The notes under the pieces were generated by a model, which was not told the origin of the DNA, made no database searches, and saw only the letters and a program-made list of their open reading frames with translations. The translations under genes and the position numbers were made by a program. This document shows positions 13,191-26,015 of a stretch of DNA of 64,000 nucleotides, one piece after another; within the stretch, counting starts at the first letter, position 1, and each line of letters starts with the position of its first letter. This DNA is from Selaginella moellendorffii (Eukaryota; Plantae; Lycopodiophyta). The stretch spans positions 2,063,151 to 2,127,150 of the forward strand of contig NW_003314278.1 in the NCBI RefSeq assembly GCF_000143415.4. The letters run 5' to 3'.

Positions 13191-13849
13191 TGAACTAAAG
13201 CCCTATTTTGTTAAAGTGGAAATTATTTCTAAACTTGAGAGTAGAAGTCATTGTAATAATTGATACAGTTTTATGCTGGTTGTGTTTCATTGCCCCTGCC
13301 ACATTCTTGGGATCCATCTGCTATATGCATTATTTACATCATTAAAATCATAATACATTTTAAACTCTCAAATTATTTTATAAACTAAAGTAATAATTAT
13401 AATTATTATACTTATTTGTTAAATTTAGGAATAATTGCAACCATATTACTAATAAAATTACAATATAAATAATTATTTTCTGAATTAGATAAAAGATCTT
13501 TATAATGGACATTGGTTTGATATATTTTGAAATAATTTAGAAGAAAGTAAATTTTTTTATATATGATTTCTATTAGTTTATTTACATTATCTAGTATATT
13601 ATAATATGAAAAATTCAGGATGGAAATGACCACTACTATAATGCTGAGTAGTTTGTATATATATAACAGCATTTACATAAGTTTAAAGAGTGAAATTAAA
13701 ATTTAAAATTACTATAATCTCTATTTAAAATTATAAATAAACCATAATATTTATTATCATTAGTGATTTATTGTGGCTAAAATTTAATACTTTAAATATC
13801 TAAAATAAATGTTTTAACTGTAATAAATAAATATTTATTTTTTAGCTAT

Positions 13850-16836
13850 GAGTGCATGGAATATAGAAAGAGATTACAAAAAATATGCATAGCAATTAGC
13901 CCCAAAAACCCTAGCTTATATATAGAAGTGAATAGTCCCAATTTAAACTAATTCGACGACTACCAAAATCCCACTACGTTAATATTAATATACAATATCA
14001 TAATAGACCTCACATCATCCCCTTCTCTCAAAATGATGGAAGACCATTAGAGTAGATAGGCCGGGATCTGGAAGAACATCAAAAGGAGGCATCGGTGGAT
14101 TTATAGATGGTGTTAGTTGTTTTTGATCCCTTTGTACAAAGCATTTCAACCATTGCACATATACAATTTCTAGGGGATTGGCTTGTTGGATGTTATGTTG
14201 AACCTCATAAACTTGTAGTCCAACTTGTCACAACACTCGATACAATCTTTTCCACTAAGCAAGGAGCCCCTTAGATAAGCCAAATATCGTAAAATGGGGA
14301 AAACAGACTAACACCAAGTCATCCACTTTGTACTCTACAAGTGGATGATGATAGGAGTTGTAATGCCATTGTTGTCCCACTTATACACGGCCTAGGTGTT
14401 TGGTAGACTCTGCTTAGACAAGCAGAAGAATGCCTGTCAAATATTGATCCCAAGACCTAATATCGGCAGCTTGTGGCAATTGTGAAGGTAAACCCAATTC
14501 CGTTAATAATATTAGATTATAACCATATAGGAATTTATATGGTGAAGCACTAATAGAACTTTACACCCCTATAACATATGTATATTAAAGAGATGGTAAA
14601 TAACCATCCCAATTGGAGTGCTAAAAGTTCATATACTTCGTGATCATCTAGCATGATCATCTTCCAATAATGTTCGTGAACTATGTAAATATGCATGAAG
14701 TTTCTCGAAACCCCAAACTGCTGCTAAACACTCATTCTCTATCATGGAGTAGTTCACCTTTGCTAGTTGTAATGTACAGTTGATATATGCAATGGGATGG
14801 CACTGACCAGACACACTCGGGCTCTCTTGCACCAACACACCTCCAATATTAAAAGTATCTATGCGCAAAATGAAAGGTCAAGTGTTGTAGTGCATTCTAT
14901 CTCTCTCCCCTTAAGCCAACTGGAAAAGGGGCAATTGCTTAATGAGAGAGCCCTTAGTGGCTATTTTATCCCCATTTATCCCCCAAGGTTCCAAGGATTC
15001 ACGGTGATAGTATATCCAAATCTCATCCCATGATCACATGCGCTACAAGTGTAGTCAGAATATGTTAAAACCAGAGGAGTCATCAACAGCTCTTTGAGAT
15101 CTGTGAATGCATGTTCACAATTCATAGATCAGATAAAAGATGATATTGATGAATTCAGCAATGCTCACAACAGTGTAGTGCGATAAAAAAGATGATCCAT
15201 AAAACGACAGAGATACTGCACTTTGCCTAGAAAGTGTTGCACATCATTCACACACTTTGGAGTAGGGAACTTTTAGAACAACCACAAGTTTGTTATGATC
15301 AATTTACAAACCTTCACGAGAAATACAGTACCCAAGATAAGTTGTCCTTGGACCCAAACACACTTTTCGACTGCTTTAGCTTTAAACTAACTTCCCGTAA
15401 CCGATCTAACACCTTACGAACATTTCCTCCCATATCCCTTCCGAGTGGATCAAGACATCATCAATGAAGTCAGTAGTCACCTTTGATATATCGCAAAGAA
15501 CCTCATCCATCATCCGTTGGAAAGTTGCTAGAGCATTATTCAAACCAAATAGCATTACCAAGAACTCGTACAAACCAAATAGTGTATGAAAAATAGTCTT
15601 TGGAATATTTTCTTTAGCTATTAGTACTTGCCAATACTTAGAATCAAGATCTAGCTTAGTGAACTAAGAATTTCTCCCCAGACGATCCAAGAAATCAACA
15701 ATGTGAGGAAAATTATACACATCTAGGATTATCACTTCATTTAATTGATGATAGTTGATGCAAAAACAAATACTTCATTAAGTTTCGTCACAACATGAGG
15801 TTTAAATGCCCAAGGACTTTGCAACTTTCTAATAACACCCTTTTCTAACATTTTCTTGACGTTTGCATGTAAAATTATGATCTCTTTGAGTGATCGATGA
15901 CAAATAAGAACCTTGATCGGATGAGCATCCCCAGTTGGAATAGGATGACATGTTGCAATCTTGGCTTTAGATGGCAGGTCAAATTCAAAGGGATTAACAT
16001 ACTTCTTCATAAGTTCGTCGATTGTTACAACACAAAGACAATCAGAAAGATTGAAAAAGGGAAGAGAGGAATAAGATAGAAATATAGAAGGAAGTAATGG
16101 AGAGACAAAAGTGATGGAAGCAAAGGTAAAAGCAAAGAAATGAAAAAGTACTAAAGTGAGAGGAATTGATAAAATATAAGGAAGTATAAGACAAGGAGGA
16201 AAAACCTCAAAATCATATTTAGCATGATTGTGTCACAATGAATTCATACCAAAGATGAAATCAAAAGCTTGATTCGACACCACATGCAATGACTGCAACT
16301 CAAGTTTGAGATCGCCCATAAACAAAACCAAATCCTTCTTATCCCATGTATAAGCATGTGTATGGCCATTGCCATAAAGAATGAAAATTGGCTTTGCTAC
16401 ATGATATAAATGTAGACAGCAACGTGTGGCAATAGGCTAAGCTATAGAAGATAAGCTCGAACCTGTATCAATCAATATAAAGAGAATAATAAGCGACCTC
16501 TTGTTATAATAACGAGTTTGGAAAATAAACATTGGATGAACTGGTGCTAAATGAACCCCTTGATGATACTCCCAAAAGAAAAATGAAGGGGTTACTAACT
16601 TATTCGTGCAAAGTCCCTCTACTACTCTTGCAACTCCTCGTTTCTTAAATGCATTTTGATGTCCAAACCTTCTACAGCAGCAACACCAACATAATGTTGT
16701 TAATGCCAAGGTCTCCACCTAGGAAATGGAAGTCGTTAGTCCAGAAAACACCGACAACACTGATAAGTGTGACTAATTTCATCACATACCCAGTAGTGGA
16801 CATTATAGACACAATTACATCCTCACCCTTATCCTT
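13850..16836 (-). mobile_element. Ancient degenerate Ty3/Gypsy element (protease, RT, RNase H, integrase remnants, PPT, start of 3' LTR at 14014)
   Basis: ILIDTGSS protease motif, QSPWAF and YEFLVMLFGLNNA RT motifs, HPIAY..NYSMIENECLAAVWG RNase H motif; PPT gagagaaggggatga before TGTGAGG; many stops. Confidence 0.85.
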
Positions 16837-17279
16837 GGGGATGGTCCAAAGTTGAGTTGAGCTCAATTCAGCTCAAGTTAATGCTAGTCAACATAGTCAA
16901 CCATAAGTCTTATAAGGAAATATTAAGTCAGAAAAATGTTATTCTTTGGTGAACTTGAAATTTATGAATTTAAGTATTAATAGTTCAAAGAAATTTCTAT
17001 TTTCTGAATCTTTCCAATGCAATTTATACAATAAAATACTGTTTCTAGAATTAGAAGTTCGTCTGAACCCATAGAAATTTTTGGGCTTTATCAATCCCAA
17101 ATAAAATGGGAATATTGAAGTTTGATTGAACCTAAATTTCTATTGTACATTTCAACATTTTAACATTTCAACAATTGACCAGAAATATATAAATAATTCG
17201 AGAAACACTGATTTACTCATTCATTCTATAGGGTTTACAAGGATAGGAAGCAAGGAAAACAAAAAATCTGTAAGTAATT
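16837..17279 (+). mobile_element. Left end of an unclassified AT-rich DNA element, interrupted by the LTR nest and resuming at 43298
   Basis: Homology to the inverted copy ending at 12706 starts sharply here; that copy spans the empty insertion site. Confidence 0.7.
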
Positions 17280-20200
17280 TGTGAGACACAAAATCCCTAG
17301 GCCCCAAAGTGGAGCTAAGAGGGTGCCACGTGGTAATGGCTGAAGCAAAAGCCAAACAAGCGAAACACATTTGGACTAAAAGCTTCAACTTGAAAAGGTC
17401 AAGAGTGGGAGTGGAACTCCCAACGAAGTGCTTGAGGAACAAGCATGAGGCGAGCCATGAGTGAGTCTCCAGAAAAGGGGACACAAGAGAACCAAACCAT
17501 GACACGTGGAAGTGTCCGAGATGGAGTTTGAGGTGGAGTCCGAGATGGAGTCTGAGGTGGAGTCCGAAATGGAGTTTGAGATGGAGTCCGAGGTGGAGTC
17601 TGAGGTGGACCTGAGATGGACCCAAGATGGACCCGAGATTGAGTCTGAGATGGACCCAAGATGGAGTCCGAGATGGACCCGAGATGGACCCGAGATGGAG
17701 TCCGAGATGGACCCGAGATGGAGTCCGAGATGGAGTCCGAGATGGACCCGAGGTGAAGTCCGAGATGGAGTCCGAGATGAACTCGAAATGGAATCCGAGA
17801 TGGACCCGAGATGGAGTCCGAGATGGAGTCCGAGATGGACCTGAGATGGAGTCTGAGATGGACCCGAGATGGAGTCCGAGATGGACCCGAGATGGAGTCC
17901 GAGATGGAGTCCGAGATGGACCCGAGGTGAAGTCCGAGATGGAGTCCGAGATGAACTCGAAATGGAATCCGAGATGGACCCGAGATGGAGTCCGAGATGG
18001 AGTCCGAGATGGACCGAAAATGGAATCCGAGATGGAGTCTGAGAAGGACCCAAGATGGAGTCTGAAGTCAAGATCGAGACCAAGACCGAGACCAGGACCG
18101 AGACCGGGACCGAGACCGAGACCGGGACCGAGACCGAGACCGGGACCGAGACCGAGGCTGAGGCTGAGGCCGAGACCGAGCCCAAGCCCGAGTCTGAGTC
18201 CAAGTCCGAGTCTGCGTCCGAGTCCGAGTTCGAGTCTGAGAGGGTGAAAGCCCAAAGCGTTCATCTCCCAAACCTTGGGGGGTTTGGTGAGCTCCAAAAG
18301 TATAGTAGGGGGAGGACTACAATGGAGCCAGTTTGGCCAGGAAAGGCCAGTTTGGCCCAAGAAGGCTGTACCTAGTGTTGGGTGATGAACTGCCCATTGG
18401 GAAGTCCAAGACTAAAGTGAATATAGATCAACAAGCGGGCTAGCTGTAAGCCACAAATTTTTCCTTTCCAATTTGCCAGCTTACCTCGTCTATCCGACCA
18501 ACTCTGCCTTGGCTTGTGCTAAGTTCCCTCGCCAAGGTTCCCGCCTATGGTACCAGCTTCTACTTGGTCCTACTTGGTTTCAGCTACTCACTGCACGAGC
18601 AACGGAGTGTTAGCCATCCATCTACGGATTCCCAAATCTCTCCCAATCCCCCTCCCCGGGTTAGACTGGACTTAAGGTTCGGCTACACTCCCCGCAGGCA
18701 CAAGCAGCCAAGCACACCAAGCCTCCAGATTCCTAACACCCCTTGGTACCACAAGACTTGATCATGGGACCCTCTAAATCCCAAGTATTGGGTGCAGGAC
18801 TTGCTTCGGGACGTCAGGGCGAAACACCGTGGCCTAACGGCCTGGTATGGGTACCTCTACCCCCCCACTTCCATCCCGAAGGGAAGGCCCAAGCCCCTAG
18901 GAAGGGCGAGGACCAATGAGCCACAAGGTACTCAAGTGGGGCACCACTCCACATGAGCCGGGAGCACCGCAGTCGGTTTCCCTTTCGGGAGTGGGAGCTG
19001 CTCTTGAGCACTTCCCTGGGTGGCCCCTCCGGCACCACTCAAGCCCATGCTCACTCCCACCCAAGGCCCCTCGGCCCCAGTCTCAACCTCAAGTCAGTTT
19101 GGAAGCACCACTGGAGAGTTCCTTCAAGACTGGTTCCTGGACCTCACTATCCCTACTATACTTTTGGAACCCCCGGAAGCCCCCCCCCCCCCCCCCCTGG
19201 GAGACGCATGCTTTGGGCTTTCACCCCTTGACCCGTATTAGTATTTGGACTTAGTCTCTGGCTCGATCTCGGACCCGATTTCGGATCCGACTTCAGATTC
19301 GGTCTCGGAGTCGATCTCGGAGTCGATCTCGGACCCGATCTCGGACCTGACCTCGGACTCGACCTCGGACTCGGTCTCGGACCCGATTTCGGATCTCGGA
19401 CTCCGTCTCGAACTCGGTCTTGAACTCGGACTCGAACTCGGTCCCCGAGTCGGTCTTGGACTCGATCTTCGACTTGGTCCGATCCGATGAACTCTTTGTC
19501 ATTTTGGTCATGCTTTTGGGGTTCCTTTAGCCTAAAACACTTCGGCGAGTTGGTTCCTCACAACTCCACCACCCATAGAAGAAGTTCGATGCCCACATCG
19601 AACGTCTCGCTTTATCCTATGACTTGTTGACCATGGCTCCGGGGGCATCCCCCCACTTAGTGGTGTGCCTAAGTTAGCCTCCCCAGCCAAGAGCCCATGA
19701 CAACGGAATATAGGTGTCCCTATACCCCTAACCTCACCACGCCCTAGTATGGGGTCGGGACTTGAACCCAGCCTTGCTTTACTAGGGGGTTGGGACTCGA
19801 ACCCAACCTCCATAGAATACGTCTACGGATTCGACATCCCCACGGGGAGTCAGGTGTAGTGCCCTACGCCTGGTCGACCTATCTAACCCATGCTAATTAG
19901 CTTACCTTCGGCGCGCCTTCGGGTCCCAACATATGCCACTTGCTCAACTTTGCAAATTGATATTTTTAATTGAATTTTGCATAAGTACATAGAGTTCTGC
20001 CTTGCAGAAATTCCTCCACTAGATCTCGCGCATTCGCTAGGTTCTCCTCCGGTTCCCATGTTGCTTCACAGTGTGGAAATCCTTTCCACTTCACATGGAA
20101 CTCTCTCACCTCGCGTCCTTGTCGCTTGCTCTTGCGCGCATTGAGGATGGCCTCGACTTCGTATTCCTCTTCCCCTTGGATAACCTCAAGTAAAGGTCTC

Positions 20201-20347
20201 ACTTGGTCCTTGCGAAGCGGATCCTCAAAGTACGGCTTGAGTAAGTTCACGTGGAACACTAGGTGCATCTTCCCCATCTCTCGAGGAAGTCAGAGTCGGT
20301 AAGCCACTTTACCGATTCGTACCTCAATCTCGTAAGGCCCCGCGAAC

Positions 20348-20399
20348 CTGCTTAAGGAACTCAAGATCAATTCATTTACAGGAATACATGCATCTTTAC
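20348..20399 (-). other. 52-nt GT-AG intron-like insert before the integrase GPY motif
   Basis: ACC CAA AG|gtaaag...ttaagcag|G TTC GCG GGG CCT TAC; removal gives KLTQRFAGPY in frame with the chromodomain. Confidence 0.8.
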
Positions 20400-20817
20400 C
20401 TTTGGGTCAACTTTCGGCTGATCCCACTTGGTAGTCTGAGGTTCTTGGTGTTCAGCCACACCTTCTCCCCAGCTTGGAACTTTACATCCCGACGCTTCTG
20501 GTTCGCGTATTTGGTTTGCCTTTGTTGAGCCTGTTCCAAGGAATCCCTCACTAGATTCCAAATGCTAAATCTTTCCGCCGTGAATGCCTCCACTTCGGGC
20601 AACTCTCCATGATACTCGGCCATGCCGAGTTCCACAGGACCTTCAATAGCTCGCCCATTGATGACTTCCCATGGACTCACCCCGATACTCGAATGTGGTG
20701 AGTTGTTATAACACATTTCCACAAGTCCCAAATGACTTACCCAATCGGTCTGGTCTCCCGAGACATAGCATCGCAAATAATCCTCCAGCTGCCTATTCAC
20801 CCTTTCTGTTTGTCCGT

Positions 20818-20863
20818 CTGTCAAGAAGTGTTAGTGCCAACAACTTGACTTAATACCCCATAC
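20818..20863 (-). other. 46-nt GT-AG intron-like insert in the integrase core
   Basis: CAG ACA G|gtatgg...cactaac...ttgacag|AC GGA; removal gives YHPQTDGQTERVN. Confidence 0.8.
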
Positions 20864-23800
20864 CTGTCTGTGGGTGATAGGCTGTGCTGAATTTCAACTT
20901 GGTGCGATACTGTTCCAGGAGAGTCCTCCAGAACCTACTGGTGAAGATCTTATCTCGATCTGAGATGATCTCTTCCGGTCTTCCCCGCACTCGAACCACT
21001 TGTTTGAAGAATAGCTTTGCCACACCTTTCGCATCCACCTCCGTTGTGGTGGGTATGAAATGTGCCATTTTTGAAAATCGGTCCACCACCACGAATATCG
21101 CATCAAACCCCTCGCTTGGGGGGAGTCCCGTGATGAAGTCCATCGTAAGACATTTCCACGGACGATCTGGAATTGGGATGCTTTGCAACAAGCCCCCACT
21201 AGCCTTAGTCACGGCTTTTACCTGCTGACATGTTGGACATGTCTTTACATAGTCTTGGACGTCCTTAGCCATATCTGGCCAATGGTACTTCCTCTTGAGT
21301 AAGCCCATCGTCTTGGGCACTCTGCCGTGTCCCGCAAGGGGTCCGTCATGACACTCTTCTAAGGCCACCTTCCTTAGTTCCCCTTCTGGAACATACACCC
21401 TCGTTTGCTTGTAATAGATGAGTCTGTTGCGTTCTGCATAGCCCGTTTTCTCTTCCGTTGGCAGTTCACCTCTCTGGTGAGCTTCCCGTGCCTCTAGATT
21501 CCTCAGCAACACTTCTTGTGCTAGACCATCATTCTCATATGCTATCCGCACATCGTCCCAGAAGGTTGCTGTTGCGCTGGATATTGCCAATCTCAAGCTC
21601 GCTTTTCGACTTAGCGCATCCGCCACGATGTTGCTCTTCCCAGGCTTGTATAGAATCTCGCAATCAAACTCGGCCAAGGCATTGGCCCACCGACGTTGTT
21701 TCCCTCTCAGGTCGGGCTGTGACAAGAAGTGTTTCGTTGCCACATTGTCTGTGTAAACCTTGAAGTGTCTCCCAAGGTAGTGTCGCCACTCCTTGAGCGC
21801 CTTGACCACTGCAAACAATTCCTTCTCATGGGCAGGCCACTTCCGCTGAGCCTTGTCCAACTTCTTCGAGAAGAACGCTACCGGATGGTTGTCTTGCTTC
21901 AAAACTGCGCCCAATGCAAAGTCCAAAGCATCCGTTTCTACCTCAAAGTCCTTACCAAAGTCTGGTAATGCCAATACAGGAGCCTTCCTCAACTTCCCTT
22001 TGAGGTGGACGAATGCCGCCTCGCATTCCGCTGTCCACACCATCTTCCCTTTTCCTGTTTGGTCCGTTAAGGGCAGGGCTACTCTCGAATAGTGTCTGAT
22101 AAACTTTCGATAGTAGTTGCATAGCCCCAGGAATGCCCTCAACTCGTGTACATTTGATGGTCGCTCCCATTCCTGGATCGCTTGGACCTTCTCCGGGTCC
22201 ACCTTGAGCCCGTCCTGGCCCACCACATGCCCGAGGAACTTTACCTCTTGTTGAGCAAAGTCACATTTGCTCTCTTTAGCATACAGTTTGTGTTCCCTTA
22301 GTTTCTCAAACACCTTCCCCAAGTGTTCGGCATGCTCCTCTAGCGTCTCGCTATAGATCAAGATGTTGTCGATATAGACGACCACAAAGTGATCCAGATA
22401 GGGTACAAATATGTGGTTCATTAGCGCCGAAAACGTTGCCGGCGCATTACATAGCCCGAAGGGCATCACCAGAAACTCAAAGCTCCCATACCTCGTTCGA
22501 CAGGTTGTCTTCTCGACATCTTCCTCGGCTACCCTGATCTGGTAGTATCCTGACCTTAGGTCAATCCTCGAGAAGTATTTTGCCTTTCCCAACCTATCGA
22601 ACAGGTCCTCAATCCTTGGCAAAGGGTACTTGTTCTCCTTTGTATACTTGTTGAGCAACTGGTAGTCTATGCACATGCGCATAGATCCATCTTTCTTTTT
22701 CACAAATAACACCAGTGCCCCATACGGTGACTTGCTCAACCTAACATACCCTTTGTCCACCAACTCCTCTAGTTGGCACTTGAGCTCCTTGAGTTCTTTT
22801 TCGTTCAAACGATAAGGGGGACGAACCACTGCCTCAGCACCCTCGACCAGCTCAATCTTATATTCTATCGGTCGTGCTGGGGGTAGCCCCGCCGGTAGCT
22901 CCTCTAGCATGGTATCCTAGAATTGGTCCAACACCCGCTGGATCACTAAAGGTACTTCTTCCATTCCTGTCTTTTTGTCACTCTTCACCGAGAGTAAACA
23001 CAAAAAGGCTGCCTTAGTTCCTTTAGTGAGTTGTCCTTTCGTGGACACCAGGTTTAAGTAGGAATCTTTGGCCTTGCTTTGCCCTACCTTTAGATCTTGG
23101 GCCTCCACCCTAGATCTTCTTCCTTGGGCATTCGCCAGTACCACAAGGTTTCTACCTTGTCCATGCAGGGCTACCACGAATCGATTGAACCAGTCCATTC
23201 CGAAGATCACGTCAAATCCCGCCATGTCCAACACGGTGAAATCCATGTCCACCTTCCAAGTCCCCACTTCGACTCTCGCTTGTCGAAGTACCTCATCGGT
23301 GCTTTGGCTACCTTGAACAAACTCTATAGTCCTTGGTTCGCCTAGCCGCTACACCGTTAGTCCGGCTTGCTGGACCATGTCTGCAGCCACAAAATTATCC
23401 GAAGCACCCGTGTCAATAAGGATCTTAACAAAGCTACCTCCGAGCTTCCCTCGGAGGGCTAGTAGATGTCGCGAACGACTCTCTACCAAAGTTGCTCGTG
23501 TAATGAGTAACTTTGAGTTAGGGATTGGATCACATACCTCAGTTTGGACTTCACCCGACTTGATGGCCATATTGGCTCTGGCCTTCTTCGGGTAGGGACA
23601 TTCCCTCGAGAAGTGTCCCACTTCACCGCAGTTGTAGCATACGTTGTTTCCCACGCTGCTATACAACTTGACCTTCTTATCCGTGGGTTTGTCTCTTTTC
23701 GCTTGACTCCCCCACGTACTCGCTCACTGGCCACCGGATCTGCTTTTCCGGAACCCCGAGGACTCATTCTTAGAGAAACTCTTCTTGAATTTCCCTCTGT

Positions 23801-26015
23801 TAAACGTTCCCCTTGGTTTGGCCCCTTTGCTAAATGTGGATCCCGACCCCGTCGTGTTCCCTTTTCGCAGGTTATCGTTGAAATGCACCTTGATGGCCGC
23901 ATCCAATGCTTCCTTGTAGTTGGTCGGGTTCCACCGCATTATTTCGCCGCGAGCCCAGGTTTGCAACCCTGATATGAAGGCATGGAACGCATCCATATCC
24001 CCCATGTCCGTGACAAGTATTCTCTTTGCCATAAACCCATTCACATACTCTTGAATGGTTCCAGTCTGCTTCAGCCTACTCAGCTCGTCCCTTAGATGCA
24101 GAGTAGCATTCGGAGGAACGTAAGTTGCACAGATCCTCGCCTTCATCATTTCCCAAGTGGCCACCGGTCCTTCGTTAGCCTCTGTCGTTCTCCACCAAGA
24201 CTTGGCATTATCTACCAAGTATGGTTTTGCACATGGAACCTTCTCCGAGCTCAGTAATCGCAACGCTTGGAAGTAGTCCTCCATATCGTAAAACCAATCC
24301 TCCACCACCTTATAGTCGTTCACTCCCTTGAAGACCGGTGGGGGCTTTGGTTTGTACTTGGGAACTGCCTGAGGGACTGATTCCACTTCGGTCTGTTCGA
24401 CCTTGTCTGGTTTTGCCTCAGTCCCTGCCGAAGGGTCCGCACCTTCTGCGCTGCCAGCATCAGCAGTCTTTCGCTTTTTCTTCCGCTTCTCATCACGCTT
24501 TAGCTTGCGTACGAGAGTCTCTAGCAGGGCATTGGTCTGTGCCAATTGTCCTTCTAGAACATCCAATCGAGCCTTGGACGACCGAACCTCACCACCAGAC
24601 TCCTGTTTGGAAGTTGCCTCACTGGAGTCCTCCTCATGCAAGGATTCCTCATCCATAGCCTCCTGTTCGACTGGAGGCTCTAGCTCTGGAGGAGGTTCCG
24701 TCTCTGCCTGGGTTCGCTTACGTCTTGCCCTTGCTATCTCCCAGCAATCTGCCTCTATCCTTCGCTAGAACTGAGGAAGAGGCTCCGATACCAAATTGTA
24801 AGCCACAAATTTTTCCTTTCCAATTTGCCAGCTTACCTCGTCTATCCGACCAACTCTGCCTTGGCTTGTGCTAAGTTCCCTTGCCAAGGTTCCCGCCTAT
24901 GGTACCAGCTCCTACTTGGTCCTACTTGGTTTTAGCTACTCACTGCACGAGCAACGGAGTGTTAGCCATCCATCTATGGATTCCCAAATCTCTCCCAATC
25001 CCCCTCCCCAGGTTAGACTGGACTTAAGGTTTGGCTACACTCCCCGCAGGCACAAGCAGCCAAGCACACCAAGCCTCCAGATTCCTAACACCCCTTGGTA
25101 CCACAAGACTTGATCATGGGACCCTCTAAATCCCAAGTCTTGGGTGCAGGACTTGCTTCGGGACGTCAGGGCGAAACACCGTGGCCTAACGGCCCAGTAT
25201 GGGTACCTCTACCCCCCCACTTCCATCCCGAAGGGAAGGCCCAAACCCCTAGGAAGGGCGAGGACTAATGAGCCACAAGGTACTCAAGTGGGGCACCACT
25301 CCACATGAGCCGGGAGCACCACAGTCAATTTCCCTATCGGGAGTGGGAGCTGCTCTTGAGCACTTCCCTGGGTGGCCCCTCCGGCACCACTCAAGCCCAT
25401 GCTCACTCCCACCCAAGGCCCCTCGGCCCCAGTCTCAACCTCAAGTCAGTTTGGAAGCACCACTGGAGAGTTCCTTCAAGACTGGTTCCTGGACCTCACT
25501 ATCCCTACTATACTTTTGGAACCCCCTGCAGCCCCCCCCCCCCACCCCCACCCCTGGGAGACACACGCTTTGGGCTTTCACCCTTGACCCGTATTAGTAT
25601 TTGGACTTAGTCTCTGGCTCGATCTCGGACCCGATTTCGGATCCGACTTCAGATTCGGTCTCGGACTCGGTCTTGGACTCGATCTCGGACCCGATCTCGG
25701 ACCCGATCTCGGACTCGACCTCGGACTCGGTCTCGGACCCGATTTCGGATCTCAGACTCCGTCTCGAACTCGGTCTTGAACTCGGACTCGAACTCGATCC
25801 CCGAGTTGGTCTTGGACTCGATCTTCGACTTGGTCCGATCCGATGAACTCTTTGTCATTTTGGTCATGCTTTTGGGGTTCCTTTAGCCTACGACACTTCG
25901 GCGAGTTGGTTCCTTACAGTAGCTTGGTGAAGTGTTCAAGAGCCGGCTCTAGTTCCCCCAGGAGATCAACTGGCCGATGCTCCTAGTCTAAGTGTGGGTG
26001 GCACTACTTACTTGG

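Larger units (their letters stand above)
19966..24737 (-). pseudogene. gag-pol polyprotein: Gag, CCHC knuckle, protease, RT, RNase H, integrase, chromodomain
   Basis: [34 protein letters not shown] zinc finger, [30 protein letters not shown]. One reading frame once the two GT-AG inserts are removed; four stops consistent with C>T (23724, 23349, 22917, 20290) and a probable ATG>ATA start at 24737. Confidence 0.95.
18445..25918 (-). mobile_element. Full-length family-B chromovirus (Ty3/Gypsy): 5' LTR 24797-25918, 3' LTR 18445-19562
   Basis: TG..CA LTR pair of about 1.12 kb; PBS tggtatcggagcc at 24781-24793; PPT at 19563-19575; TSD GTAGC (left copy CTAGC; host LTR consensus is gtagc). Confidence 0.97.

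Noticed and set aside
19948-20000. AT-rich stretch after the chromodomain as a third intron
   Set aside because: No convincing GT donor and YAG acceptor pair, and no conserved motif is restored by removal.
23724-23726. Programmed read-through at the gag TGA
   Set aside because: It lies before the zinc knuckle and is one of four stops explainable by C>T decay.
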